DNA of 64,000 nucleotides from Mytilus californianus (GCF_021869535.1 NW_026262679.1:48546001-48610000); one strand, 5' to 3'. Positions 23,001-36,345 are shown, counted from the stretch's first letter. The notes: a model not told the origin generated them from the letters alone. Translations and numbers: made by a program.

Positions 23001-23541
23001 TGCACCACATAATTATACTACAGTAATAGTGCAGAATAAATGACATTTTACTGTTAAATTCTGCTTTTCGTTACAATTTTCTTCTGCAAAAGGTTTTAGG
23101 CCAACGGACCCGTGTACGGTCAGAATGGGGACGTTAAATCCGATGACTCGCGTAAAGAGAGTGCCACGCTCTTTGCACATATTGTTAATTTGTTCTCGTC
23201 CTGAACATGCACGAAATATTTGCCACTGGACGTTAAGCAACCAACAATCAATCAATAAATCTCTTGTACAATAAATGGGTAAAATCAGTGTTAAAAGAAA
23301 AGGATTAATATGACCACTTATTTGTTCCCTTGAATTCGTATATAAAAAAGTATAATTACATCAAATGAAATCTTTAAAATTTTCACAAGATATTAGAATG
23401 ATGGTCATAAGTACAATGTATTTACATTTTTTTGAATTGTGTCTTACAAGAATTTAAGCTTCTTTGCATTTACTCCAAAACTGCAAAAATAGTCCCTTTT
23501 TAAGATTGTCGTCAATATCTACACGTGAGTCGAGAACTTAC

Positions 23542-23636
23542 CCAAAAAGACATTTGGGTACAGTTTGTCGTTAACGGACGATGTTAATGTTGGTTGGATA
23601 TCTTTTTGGTGAGATCTTGGTTCATATCTAACTTTG
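23542..23636 (-). CDS. cdc25: Tentative cdc25 N-terminal exon
   Basis: gttttag|C-KVRYEPRSHQKDIQPTLTSSVNDKLYPNVFL-G|GTAAGT. Phase 2 in matches the exon at 25384-25439. No recognised homology. Confidence 0.45.
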
Positions 23637-23831
23637 CTAAAACAACTATGTGTAAAATTGTAATTTAAATTCAGATATTTCAATTTCAGCATGTTTCGAC
23701 GACATATTGACATTCCAACTGACATTTCTGACATGAATTGTCCAGATTATATCATTCTAATAGATGTAACATATTGTTTCGGATTTTAAGGGCAAAGATT
23801 ATATGGCTCTTTTATAACTTTACCTTTGCCT

Positions 23832-24440
23832 GATGCGGCGCGGGACGTTTGTGCTTTTTGTTAGGACAATTGCACTTTTTTAGTGGACATTTTCGCTTTT
23901 TTAATGGACATTTGCGCTTTTTTAAAAAGAACTTTTGCTCTTTTTTTTAAAAGAACATTTGCGCTTTCTTAGTACATTTGCGCGTTTTCTACAGAACATT
24001 AGCGCTTTTTTACAGGACATGTGAGCTGTATAAACACAATTAACAGTTGAGTTATCATGGTTAAGAATTTTTAAATCATTTTATATCCAAAACACAGTAC
24101 ATTTATTTACAGCTTAAAGTTTTCCTTTTCTTCATTTAGTTGACGAGTCCATAAGAATTTTGAAAATTTCATGTTATTCAGTAAGTTAAAAGACAATGAT
24201 GGAAGAGATCCCCAGACTTTCCAGACAATAAAATGAACATAAAGGGAATATAGATTCCAGTTTTAATCCACTAATGGTATAAAGCTGCTTAAAATTTTGA
24301 GTGCAAATTTTCAAATGTTCCATCAATAAAAAATTCGTTTTAATTATGTTTCACATATATACATTTTTTTGTGATTGTTTGATCGGTACGGGTTATAACT
24401 TAAAAATTGGTGAAAAGGTGCAAAAGTCCTGCGCCCGCAT
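23832..24440. mobile_element. Non-autonomous TIR element with about 8 subterminal GGACATTTGCGCTTTTT-like repeats
   Basis: Left end ATGCGGCGCGGGACGTTTG; the right end reverse-complements to ATGCGGGCGCAGGACTTTTG. No clear TSD. Confidence 0.55.
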
Positions 24441-24799
24441 GATCTTATAATAATAATAGTAATATTATTGCCAATCAAGAAGCTACAGTCTCAGTACAGT
24501 ATAGAAAGTAAATTGTTGGGAAAATATAACATTTACTTGTCGGATAATATAGATTCACTACGGAACCTCGTTTTAAAAATCTTACAAATAAATGTTATAT
24601 TTACCAACAATGTACCTAATATATTGTATATTTAGTGTATTTGGTAACAAACACATGGGACTTATGTATACATGAAAGCTTAAATCATTTATTATCTTTT
24701 CTTTTATTTATTTATTGGTTCCAGAAATATTAGCTTATTCTATCGATATGTTGTAAGACGTTAAGTTATATAATTACTGTATTTTCCACTAGATACAAG

Positions 24800-25056
24800 C
24801 ATAGGTACTTGGGGACAGGACAATTTTTTTAGCCCTCCCCTTTTTTTTCCAAAATCCGGGTTTTTTCTGATATGACCGCTGTAGATAGTAAACTTGAAAT
24901 TGATAGTAAATAGCAAATACAATTAATTTCTAGTATATTTATGTTCATACAAAACAGAAAAACGCGAAACTAATTGAAATAGATAGAAGAAGAAAAAACT
25001 GATTTTGGAAAAAGGGTGAGGGTTAAAAAAAATTGTCTTGTACCCAAGTACCTATG
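24800..25056. mobile_element. hAT-type MITE with an 8-bp TSD
   Basis: ~40-bp TIRs (CATAGGTACTTGGG.ACA.GACAATTTTTTT) flanked on both sides by GATACAAG (24792-24799 and 25057-25064). Confidence 0.85.
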
Positions 25057-25383
25057 GATACAAGTACATCATAACAGCAAAATAGGAGCTAGTCTCAATA
25101 CTGACGGGATCATGATATTTCTATACTCAATAGAATAGATGTATGAGCTTTAAATTCTTGCGAAAAAGTTAGAATAGTTATTGGAGTCGCCACATGTACA
25201 TTGTGAGCTCTCAAATAGACAAGACTGAAAAGGGTGATGATATAAGTTAGTAACTTCGTTTCTATGCTTAGAATAGAAAATATTTGTTTGTGGTTGCCTT
25301 TATACCGGCAATAGCGGTTTGGATGATCGAACATACATACAATGAATAACCACAACAACAAGGGAAAAATGAAAAAAACTTAC

Positions 25384-25439
25384 AATATCGTTGAGATGTC
25401 TTCTTCAGATACCGAACTGAAAAGTCTTTTTGCTGGCAT
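25384..25439 (-). CDS. cdc25: Tentative cdc25 first coding exon (MPAKRLFSSVSEEDISTI)
   Basis: ATG in an open frame ending TT|GTAAGT, with an upstream acceptor (ttttcag near 25470). The phase is compatible with the next candidate exon. Confidence 0.5.
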
Positions 25440-27272
25440 TGTGTGTAGAAGATAGAACCATTTATAAAACTGAAAATTCAGATGTGAAAACACGAGTTTT
25501 TTATTTCCTGTCAGTCGGTCGTGTTTGAAATTTGAGTTGTGATGATAACTTTTCTCATTTTTTTAAAGAAATGTGTTCAAAGTGCTATTTCTAATGCACC
25601 CAGCGTGGGTCATGTTTCTTTTAATCTAATTAAAGCATATTTACTACACCCCATTAACTTTGATGATCGTTTATCAATAAGATTAATTCTAAAAACAACA
25701 CACCAATCAAGAACTAATTATACAAATGAACTGAAACGAGAAAATTTTGCATAATTATTTAATTGCCAAGGATTGATTGATTGTGAACTGTTTAACGTCA
25801 ATGACTGATTTAATTGTAAAACGATGTTTATGTTCATGTCATGCCAATATTCCTAATGATTTTTATGGTTTTACAATACAAAAAGAAATAATTTGACATG
25901 AGAACATGTTGCACATTTGGAGAAGATACATTTATAAATCCGTTAATCTTAATACATAAATTTTGAAAATAATTCTGTGGAACGATAACATTTTTTGTTG
26001 TTGAGAACAGATGCAATTAATCATGTTAATAGCGAACAAATGATGAATGCGGGACAACTCGGTGCAGAGATAACTGGGACCGAGTCAAATCGGACTGACT
26101 AATAAGTTAACTCGGACCGTCTATAAAGTCAACTCGGATCGATTATAATGACAACTCAGAAAAAGTATTAAAAAAGGATTTGAACTATATAAATGATTAT
26201 GAATTATCAAATGTTATATTTTACATGACAATATCATTTGCATCTTACTGATTTTGCAAAACATAATAAAAAAAAATGTTAAAAAATGAATTCAAATGTT
26301 TACTTATCTTTATCAGAGACATATTCTACGATTGTATCATATGTCTCTGCCTTTGTCAATTTATTATAAAACTTAATGCATCCAAAAAAAATAAGTTGAA
26401 TTTGCTTAATTTTATTTGTTTGTTGGATTCTTTGTTTATCATTTTAAAGTCAACTCAGACCGCCTTTAATGCCAATTCTAACAAAGTATAAACATAGAGT
26501 TTTGGCTATTTTTAGGATAAAATATTATATTTTACATAAATTAAGTCACGGGTCTTGTATGGTGTTTGCAAGCTTCCGCCAGAGACATATATACACAGAG
26601 ACTGGCAAATCTCTGTGTGTATATGTCTGTGCTACCGCCTACCAAAGGATATCTCTGATTGTCTATAAGATCAAAATGAATATTAATTCAACACAATGCA
26701 ATGTTAAATCTTATAACGCGAAGAAAGATAGAAAATTATTTTTATTGTTTATATCTGAGACTACTTTATCACAACAGTAGTCTCAGTTTAAACCAAGGAA
26801 TATATATATACTAGTTACAATAAAGTTACCGTATACAAATGCTTGCTTAAAATCGGCGGTTTCTTCTATCTGAAGTGAAACTATCAAGACTTTGTATGCT
26901 ATATATATATATAATATTTTAGAACTATACAAATGCTTGTAACTATCTGTACTATAATTAGAGACATATACATGTAATACAATTTGTATTATTCTGGTAT
27001 TATATGTCTATGCGGTAACATGTGTATTTAAATAAATGTAACAGGTTGGTTCCGTTCAACAAAAATTAAATATTTGCATGATTTTTTTTTTTTTTTTTTT
27101 TTGTATTTTGAGATATAAAAAAAGACCCCTATTCTCACCCAATAAAATATGAATGGTAAATGAGGACAGGAAAAGTCAGATTTTTAGAAGTGATTACGGA
27201 GCAAGTCCGAATTAAGTTTTAAATTTAGAAAGAATTGACAGGGTTATCTCCCATTTAGCTACACATGTGAAA

Positions 27273-27443
27273 ATGGCAAAAGTTGAACAATCAAGATTTG
27301 CTCTCTTAAAAATTGAAGATGATGATGATGAAGATAATGCCAAACCCAAAGACAATGCTAACAAATCAAATAATCAACAGAGCTCAAACAAAAAGAAAAA
27401 CAAAAAGAAGAAAAAGGCAGAACAACAGCAAGAAAATGACGAG
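27273..27443 (+). CDS. GKAP1: G kinase-anchoring protein 1, coding exon 1
   Basis: MAKVEQSRFALLKIEDDDD...KKKNKKKKKAEQQQENDE, compared with GKAP1 SRFALLQV...KKKEQQQSEANE. The donor GAG|GTCAAA is weak but is needed for the homologous junction. Confidence 0.9.
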
Positions 27444-28874
27444 GTCAAAAAATTTACCATATTTTCATATAGTCGAGATAGTTAAGACGCCTTGAAAAGC
27501 TATGTTTTGTGTTTCTTATCGGCTCTACACTAAAATCGTCAAAATCGTACGTTAATCATGAAATATCCCCAGAAGGCCTCATGACTATTTCAGTATCGAG
27601 ACTAATCCATTTGGGTTTCTTTTTATGACCTATTATGGAGTAATTTTCTGATTTGGCAGCGGTCAAAATCAAGCTTCCAAATCAGAAAATTGCTCCAATT
27701 CAGAATCCAAAACGGTAATATATCTTGACTGATTTTCATTTAAGCTTTGCATCCAAGAACTCTTTTTCCATCCATTTGGAGTTCTGAAACCATACCGATG
27801 TTCTGAACTGGCTGACACTCGAATCAAGCAGCCAAATTAGAAAGGTGCCAATTAGAAAACCACTCCTGATTCAGAATCTCAAAGTGCATGTGATCAAGAT
27901 TACTTTCAGTCAAGCAATCAAATTCTTTGACAATAGGGGCATAGACACTATCAGATTCTTTATGTGAAAAAGTCAGGTCAGTCATGTCAGTCAGAAATTT
28001 TTTTTTTTTTAAATCTTACAAGACATTAACAATGATTAATATGTATAGAATAAATATATATTTCATTTTACTAACAATATTTTTTGGTATGCTTATTTGT
28101 CATAACTTCCTAGATTTTATTTCCAAATTATTGCTCAGCTATTTTAAACATACAATGCATGCCATCGTCATATAAGTTTGAAAAATGGGGGGGGGGGGGG
28201 GGGGGAGGTTCACAGACAAACAGGAAATAAAAGGTAATTTCACAAAAGAAAAAACAGTTACAGGTAGCTTTTTATCCACTTTCAGGAAACATGGTGAATA
28301 ATGAGCTTCAAGCAGGAAAGCATGTGAAATAAAAAATTGCAAACATTTGGTAGAAAATAGCACATGATGATAACAATCCGTTCTTAAATGAAGTAGACCG
28401 GTCCAATGGAAAGACGAGGATATATCAATTTCATTTTTTGGCTGGCAATTACAATTTTGAAATTAAAATGGATGAACATTTAATCTATGAAACAAGAAAA
28501 TTTCAAATTGTTTGTGGTAAACTGTTTCTTTTAACTTGACGTCTTTCACTTTTGGACGTGTCAATTTCATTTATGAAAAATCTTATTGAATTACGACAAA
28601 AAAAGGAAAACAAACTTAATGTAATGGGCTTTTAATATAGATTTCATTTCGCAAACATGCTGTGTATGTACTGATTTTGCGTCATAGATGGATACCCATT
28701 ATCCTTTATTTTTCTATTAAAAAATCATTTGCCCAGTATACATATAACCAATTTCTGATAGTATTGCCCAGCATGGGAAAACCTTGACCTTAGTTTCCCA
28801 TCAGGGTTATACTTTGCCTGCCCTGATCACATGCACTTGCATTTTGAAATAACATTAATGGTACCAATTTTACT

Positions 28875-28918
28875 GCACCAGGTGCATATTTCAACAATTA
28901 ATATCTCTTCAGTGATGC
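28875..28918 (-). ncRNA. Degenerate hammerhead motif in a dispersed repeat (GKAP1 intron)
   Basis: GCATCA CTGAAGA GATA-ttaat-TGTT GAA ATATGCAC C TGGTGC. The core is intact but the stem III closing pair is broken. Confidence 0.55.
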
Positions 28919-29147
28919 TAGCTAGGCCAAAATATTTGAAAGTCCAAAACCTAATATAAAACATTGAAGAGCTGGTTTAATATTTAGTAGATAAAGAACA
29001 ATTAATATAATACTGAAATAATTTGAAATGAAGGAAAATATTGTGATAGGCATACAAATAATTGAAATCAGTGTGAATTGTTTTTCCTTTATTAGCTGGT
29101 TCTTTGATTAAATGCTGTTTGCAAATGCAATTTTTTTTTACTCACAG

Positions 29148-29261
29148 CTCAAACATTTAGCCTTTGCTAAACCAGGATCTAATAAGCAAAGAAATAAACA
29201 GAATGGTCACTCTGAAGTATCTGATAACCAGTGGAAGGACTGGAAGAAAGCAGACCAAAAT
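29148..29261 (+). CDS. GKAP1: GKAP1 coding exon 2
   Basis: cacag|LKHLAFAKPG...NQWKDWKKADQN|GTAAGT (compare LRNLAF...WQEWRQRDEQ). Confidence 0.92.
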
Positions 29262-29912
29262 GTAAGTTGTTTCAAGTATTATTAGTTAAGTAATTAACTA
29301 TAAACTTATTTTCATATTATGTTTTTATCTTGTATGGTTAAATGTGCATGTACATTGTGTATTCCGAAGTTGAAATATAAAAGTTATACTTTAATAATGA
29401 AGGATAATAAACATGATAAACATGTATGAAGCAATGATTTAATTTGTTTGTTTGTATTTCCTTCATATTTGCATTATTTGCTGTTTTCAAGGTTGTAATG
29501 CTTTATTAAATAAATCCCCAGGACAAAGGAGGGGGTATGCAGATTAACCTATAAAGGTCCATCATAAATTTTTGATAGATGACACCAAGCTTTATTTAGT
29601 TATGCCATACTGTGTGACTGTTTTCAGTTCATTTGATAGTCTAATTGTCTTCTTTATGACATAAAACCCTACAGCTTTTATTAAAGATATAAAAGTTAAC
29701 ACGTCATCAGTCTGACTAAAGCCAGTCCCCAATATACAATATTTTTCTCAAAAAGGTACTGTTATTAAATAGTAAATTTTTTTAAATGTTCCTGCAACTC
29801 AACTTAATTTAATATTTAGTTAATTAATTTAGCTAATTTTTGTTATTGCATTGTAGAGAACTGAAGATAAAATGCATATGACTAAGTTTTTTAACAAGTA
29901 TTTATATTTCAG

Positions 29913-29990
29913 TATGCAGCAGAATCGTATGAAAAAGATCTGGAACAGGCTTTACTTATGAGTAAAATGGAGTTTGAACAAAAGAAAGAG
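29913..29990 (+). CDS. GKAP1: GKAP1 coding exon 3
   Basis: ttcag|YAAESYEKDLEQALLMSKMEFEQKKE|GTAATG (compare [22 protein letters not shown]). Confidence 0.94.
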
Positions 29991-30045
29991 GTAATGTGTG
30001 TAAGGGATGCTGTCAGTTCCACTCTGATTGGGAACATTAAATCAA

Positions 30046-30634
30046 GGGCATACAATACAGTTTTGATCACACGGTGAATTTTTGACAAAAGTTTGCATAC
30101 AAGCTATTTTTCACCTTGTCAATTCAGATATGTAATAATAAATATACCTTCATGTGCTACTTTTAGAGATAAATGGGGTTGAAATTTTAGACATTTACTG
30201 GAAATTTCGGTTTCTTGGACATTTCTATCCTTTAGAAAGACATACCTAACTTTTTTGTTTTAAAAGGTAAACGCAAGCGGATTTTTGCAAATGCATCTGG
30301 AATATCTTCTCTATATAGGTGTGCTTTGAATCGTGAAACAATTCTTTGGAAATTATTCATTTTTATCACATTTTCATGATTTTTGTCAAAGAACAGCATT
30401 TTTTGCTGTATATTAATGAAATTTTTTTTAAAAATCACCGGTGATTAGTTCATAAAAATTGACACAAATTATCCTCATACATAATCAAGCCTAATGACAT
30501 TTTTAAAAGATGGGTCCATGATAAAAATCAGTCGAAAATGCATCTTTTCCCGATATATCACAGTTTGATGTTGTGAAGAATAACATTTTACGTTAGCAAC
30601 GTCATTTACTCCCCTGTGACTGTATCATATGCCC
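30046..30634. mobile_element. Non-autonomous DNA transposon with GGGCATAC...TATGCCC TIRs and TTAA-like flanks (Kolobok-like)
   Basis: (tcaa)GGGCATACAATACAGT ... ACTGTATCATATGCCC(ttaa). A 5'-truncated relative lies at about 37230-37776. Confidence 0.65.
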
Positions 30635-31519
30635 TTAAGTTCATGTGTGGGAGTATACAATGTTTTTTGAGGCACTAGATCCCTTACAAAAACTCTTGTT
30701 GAGGAAGTATCAGTTTATAAATGAGCATGATATTTAGCTTCCATATCTAAAAACAAGTGGGGCTGTCCCAAGTCAGGAGCCTCTGGCCTTTGTTAGTCTT
30801 GTATGATTTTTAATATTAGTTCATTTATATGTTTTGGAGTTTAGTGTGACGTCCATTTTCACTGAACTAGTACACACTTTTATTTAGGGGCCAGCTGAGG
30901 ACCACCTCCGGATGCGGATTTTTTTTTCAGCACTGAAGACCCATTGGTGGCCTTCAGCTGTTGTCTGCTCTTTGGTCGGGTTGTTGTCTCTTTGACAAAT
31001 TCCCCATTTCCATTCTCAATTTTATACTTTGTAATTTTTATTTTACTTTGTCTTTCTAGAGTAAGGTCCCTTAATTATACAGAAAATAATCAGTTTTGTT
31101 GTGTAATGTCACAAACATACACCAAAACGTTGTGATTGGCTTACAACATCCTAAAAAAAGGGAATTCAACCAATGATGTGACATAATTGTCACTTTGGGG
31201 TATGAACAATAAAATTACCCACAATCCTTTAGATTCTGAAACAGTGAAATTTAAGAACAACAAAACACAGGTTAAGGATGTACTTAGGTGAAATTAAAAA
31301 AATCTAGAATTTAGAATTGATACAATATGTCAGAAGAGCATTAGTTAAAGAACAAAATAAGCTAAAAATATTGATAAGTTATGAAGCTCCTTTTCCAGAT
31401 ATTTTTTTTTTTTTTAAATAGCGGGAAAAGGCTGACTCAGACTTTTACCTTATATTTGCATTGGTAATATTTGGGTCTCAAATTGGAAGAAAAGAAATCT
31501 AGAACCTTTATGAGCTATT

Positions 31520-31805
31520 GAATAGATATAAGAAGATGTGGTATGAGAGCCAATGAGACAACTCTCCATCCAAGTCAAAATTTATAAAAGTAAACCATTA
31601 TAGGTCACAGTACGGTCTTCAACACGGAGCCTTGGCTCACACCAAACAGTAAGCTATAAAGGGCCCCCAAAATTACTAGTGTAAAACCATTCAAATGGGA
31701 AAACCAACGGTCTAATCTATATAAAAAACGAAAAACAAGAAACACTTATGAACCACATCAACAAACGACAACTACTGAACATCAGATTCCTGACTTAGGA
31801 CAGGT
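31520..31805 (+). repeat. Abundant dispersed repeat (agaagatgtggtatga.tgccaatgagacaactctcca...)
   Basis: Copies or fragments at about 4850, 15910, 18570-18765 and 61735-61845 (-), and 22130-22370, 39120-39270, 42715-42850 and 60235-60365 (+). Class not determinable by eye. Confidence 0.85.
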
Positions 31806-32123
31806 GCTGAAGTCTTTAATGAAAAGAAAAATGGGTGTTATGGGGCAAAATATTTTACCCTGTATCGTAGGAAAAAACCAAGGAGTCCGAACATTTGACA
31901 AAAATTCCTAAACCTCACCCAAGTACATCCTTAAGTTTAAATTTGATACTTTTCATTTTGTCCCTGCAGACAATCAAATTGCTTGACATTTGCTTACTTC
32001 GTATGTACTGAAAAATTAATCCAAAATTTACTTGCTTCTTTTTTGTTTTTAATGAGACTCTAGGGACATATTTCATGGCCTCTTCATTTGCTCTTTTGAA
32101 TAATTAACTTGATTTTATTTCAG

Positions 32124-32262
32124 GTAACAAAGTCATTTAAAGATGCTGGTATAAATATAGATGAAGAAAGCACAAAGGAAAAGAAGAAGAAAAAGAAGGA
32201 CAAACCACAGACAATGAGTCTAGAAGAATTCAATGCAGGAGGAAAAATGACACATTCAGATG
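32124..32262 (+). CDS. GKAP1: GKAP1 coding exon 4
   Basis: ttcag|VTKSFKD...KKKKKKDKPQTMSLEEFN...HSD-G|GTAAAG; phase 1. Confidence 0.9.
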
Positions 32263-32663
32263 GTAAAGCTAAAATTTGATGTTATACAATTAATGAAATG
32301 AAAAAATGACATGCAAATTATTTCATTATGAACAGTATATGTGAAAAATTTACAAAACGTGAAATAACCCTGACATTTTAGGGACAAAATATATGTATAT
32401 TGACAGAAGTTATGATAAATATATAGAAGGAGATATGGGGTATATGTTCATGAGACCTACCCAGTAACACAAAAATGGAAAGATATTTCAATTTATTGGG
32501 TTCAAAATTTCACCATATGCTTGAATAGCATTAGGAGAAATATTTGATATTACTTCTTGTGAAAATATCATGTAAAAAAAAATTACCAGGTACAATTTTT
32601 GCCATCTTGAATTATTATTATTGATTTCCTGAATTTTGATTTTATATTTTCTCATCATTACAG

Positions 32664-32803
32664 AATTAGAACATTTATCAGTACACCCATCCAGTAAACC
32701 AGAAACACCTGTTACAGAGGCAGACCCAAAATTCTTCAGTCATGTGGAGGGAGATGTAGAAAGAATTCTTAGAAAAGAAAAAATGCAAGAAGAATATCAA
32801 AAA
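32664..32803 (+). CDS. GKAP1: GKAP1 coding exon 5
   Basis: tacag|ELEHL...DPKFFSHVEGDVERILRKEKMQEEYQK|GTAAAG. Confidence 0.85.
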
Positions 32804-33786
32804 GTAAAGAAAATGTACTTGGCTCATTCTCTTTCATTTTTGTGCATCCACAATTCAGTGGCTGGGGCAGAAATGAATCCCATATTCACACTTGGCTCAT
32901 TTTGTCCTGCAGTGGTGGATCAAGGGGGGATTCCAGGGGTTGGAACCCCCCTTTTTTTTTTGACGATCAATGCTTTTGAATGAGGACATATGGTTGGAAC
33001 CCCCTTTTAAAAATGGCTGGATCCGCCCCTGTCCTGTCTGACACTTTGAAATCCAACAGCTGTTTCGAATGGATTTCATTATTGTCTCACCTGCAAGGAA
33101 TGTCAGGAATGAGAGACATGGGGATGGTAATTAGGCCCTGAAAATGAAACTATTTGTATATGCTTTTTGTTTCATATGGTAGAATACTGAAGTTTTAATC
33201 TGGCATATGTTCATTGTCTTTGAGCACATTTTCATGGTTCAGTGACTGCTTAAATGACTATAATTTTATTATTACATGATTTTTTTCCAGTTTTTATGAG
33301 TAAAAGGACAACTATATTTGGTATATAGAATCATTGCAATGCATGCATTATCAGACAAATTCTTGCAATTCTTGCTGTAAATGCAATACGTTTGAGGACC
33401 AACCAAGTTGACAGAGGAAATTTACACAAATTTGATATTTACTATACTAATGTCTTATTACAATGTGTCAGAGATATGAAAGATTTGTACCACTATGTTT
33501 GGGGTAAGCATCGGCCTTATCAAACCTTCTTCTCTTTTAACATTATCTAAAAAAAAAACAGATAGTTTAAAATATAATTTGAACTTTACTTGATTGACAA
33601 AGGAGGATCAGCTTTTTCTCCACTTACATATCACTGTCAAAGTAAACGATTGAAGACCAACAGTATATACATGGTACATGTAATTCATTATGATATGATA
33701 ATTGTTATAAAATATATGTAAACTTTCTCTGATATCATGTGTAGTACAATTATTTTACTGTGTTTTTTTTTTTTTTTGGATGACAG

Positions 33787-33888
33787 CAATATGCAGCAGA
33801 AAAAGTAATGACAGCTAAGCATCAGTCAGAAACAGCCAAAAAAGATAAAGAAATTGAATTTCTAAAAGCAACAGTTAAAAAATTAGAG
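33787..33888 (+). CDS. GKAP1: GKAP1 coding exon 6
   Basis: gacag|QYAAEKVMTAKHQSETAKKDKEIEFLKATVKKLE|GTTAGA (compare ERKDAEIQKLK). Confidence 0.88.
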
Positions 33889-34805
33889 GTTAGAATGTTT
33901 TTTTATTACAACCAAGTTGTATTCATCTACACTTACTGTAAACCTACTTATTTTTGCAGATACTGTATTTCTCATTTAGCCCCTTCCAGACGATTTTGTG
34001 GAGAATTAAATTTTGGGATTTTCTAGTTTCCTGATATATAATTTAAGGGAAGACCAAAGTTTTTTTTATGTATTTACAACGATTTATGTTTTCATTAGTG
34101 TTTAACTCGCAACAGTTGCAAAAATTAGTTGATTTTCAGTATGTTTAAAGTGTTTTCTGTAAAGTCTTCATCTGGTAGACAGTCAGTATAGATATTTAAA
34201 CAAGCAATTATATTTCAATATGTAAATTCCTGTATAATGAACACTAACTAATTTTTTCAAGCAATTTATTTTCACAACTTTTGGGAGTAGAAAAATAACA
34301 TGTATATAAATTGTCGCAAATATGTACAACTTGGATCTTTTCTTATTTAATTTCATTAAGTAAATAGTGAATTTAATTTGCCGCGAAGTGTGCTAGAAAA
34401 GGCTAAATGGGAAATAAATTTTCCATGAAAATAAGTTGTTTTACAGTATTATGATGAGATTGTAATTGGAACAGTATACTATAGAAGGTCACAAATCATG
34501 TTTACCTGTTAGAACCATTAAAAGGAGTTGTAACTTGTGGTACATTTCCAATGATTCTAATCTGTCAGAATTAATGACCATTCAGATGAATTTTAACATT
34601 ATTGCCTTCTTTTTGGTTAAACAAATTCTTAAAGAACAATACAGAAGAGGTAATAAAAAATATTAGGGAAATTCTCAGTTTGGTCTGCATGACAATTTCC
34701 AAAAGGATAACAAAAAAGTTGTATCATAAAAAGTAAAGCTTTTCATATGCTTTAAAAAAATTGCTTTTATTGCACATGTATCAGAATATTTGTTTTCATT
34801 TACAG

Positions 34806-34869
34806 GAAGAATTTAAACAAGTAAAGAAACGTAATAAACAACTGTGTGTTATATTAGCCCAGGGTGAAA
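34806..34869 (+). CDS. GKAP1: GKAP1 coding exon 7
   Basis: tacag|EEFKQVKKRNKQLCVILAQGE-A|GTAAGT (compare KYKEVKARNAQLLKMLQEGE). Confidence 0.93.
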
Positions 34870-35275
34870 GTAAGTTTAATTACTTGTAAAAATGGTTAAC
34901 ATAGAGAAGTGTATGCTTCTAAAAAATAAATGCTAGTCAAATGCGTTTTGTCAAAATATACTTTTTCACTCATTTGGTCGTTTGGAAAATGTTGTTTGTG
35001 CTGTATTTAGACCCCTCTACCAAGAAATTTGTTTTGCATGCACCCGTATAAAAACTGTGGTTTTTATCCAACGCAATCATAGGTTTGGACCTTGTTTTCA
35101 ATTTAGACTTGCTTCTAAAAATAAGATGTATATATATGTATATCAATCTGCTGACTGTTGCTTCATTAAAGTCGTGGAGAACAGATGTAGTATCCTTAGT
35201 GTCCCTGTCTATGTGCTCATCTCCATCCAGTTCATAGAAACTGATTGGTGTACTGACATTTAGTTTGGATGCATG

Positions 35276-35865
35276 CAGTCTTCGAATTTAGCCACAAGTC
35301 CGACGAACATGACTTGTAAATTTGATTGGGGACTTGTAAATATTCTGTTGTGACTAATCCGACTGGCTTGTGGAAAATTTCGACCTGGGGGACTAGTATA
35401 TATTGTGAAATCACCGGTCCGCCGTGTATTTGTATTTTGTCACTGTCTGCATACCTAAAAATCCAGTCATTTTTAACAGACAGGGCTTAACCTGGTTTCC
35501 AAGTGAACTGTTCCTTTACTCTTTATAATGAGGCCGCTTAAAAATATCGCTTACAGTATTGAAGATAAATACGTTTTGTATCGGCTTCTTTGATTGGTCA
35601 ATATCTAAATGTTGACAAACATGGCATTATGGCATTGTTTTTGAAGTGTAAGGTGCCCAGCCGGGAAAGCCAATTAAAAGACCGGCATCAACTGAAAACA
35701 GACATATTTCAAAACACAAATACGATGAGGGGTTAGAGAACGTAATTTTCTCAATGTTTGGAGCAAGGACAGACCGTGGTTGTATTTACAAGAGATTGAT
35801 TTAATGAATGAAGAAAACATATATTGTGTTAAATATTGGGGACCTGTGGCTAAATTCGAAGACTG
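35276..35865. mobile_element. MITE-like element with 26-bp TIRs (CAGTCTTCGAATTTAGCCACA.GTCC)
   Basis: The TIR pair is directly visible. No clean TSD at these ends. Confidence 0.6.
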
Positions 35866-35893
35866 AAAGTTCTCAGATATACTGGGTATGTGT

Positions 35894-36345
35894 GGGTGCG
35901 TGGCTCAGTGGTTAAGACCATTGGCTACAGTACTGAAGGTCCTGGGTTCAATCCTGAGTCTGGGCATTGGAAATTTCAGTACATTAGAAGGGTGATTTTT
36001 ATCCTCCCACACACATCTCTGGTACCTAGACAGGAGTTTAAACTAGCATGGGTACTTTGGGTGCCTTTGTAGGTCAAAGTGGCCCCTGACTTTGACCTGT
36101 GATCAATCTGTAGATATCTCTTCTTTTTTTCTGTTTCCGTCGAGGAGCCTGGTATGTACTCAGAGTACTTTGGCTTCCTCCACCATAATAACAGACTTAC
36201 CAGTGTCCTAACACTCCCTTGGTGTTGGGTTGGGGATTGTCCGTGGTGGTATTTGTATATAAGGTAGTGCCACATCTCCATTAATCCTGATAGGGAGTGT
36301 ACATGGATTCCACTGTACCCTTGCAGCTCTCTAGGGGTGCTTTGC
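35894..36345 (+). mobile_element. tRNA-derived SINE-like element
   Basis: A box TGGCTCAGTGG (35901) and B box GGTTCAATCC (35945) at tRNA spacing, without a clean cloverleaf. The 3' boundary is uncertain. Confidence 0.55.
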
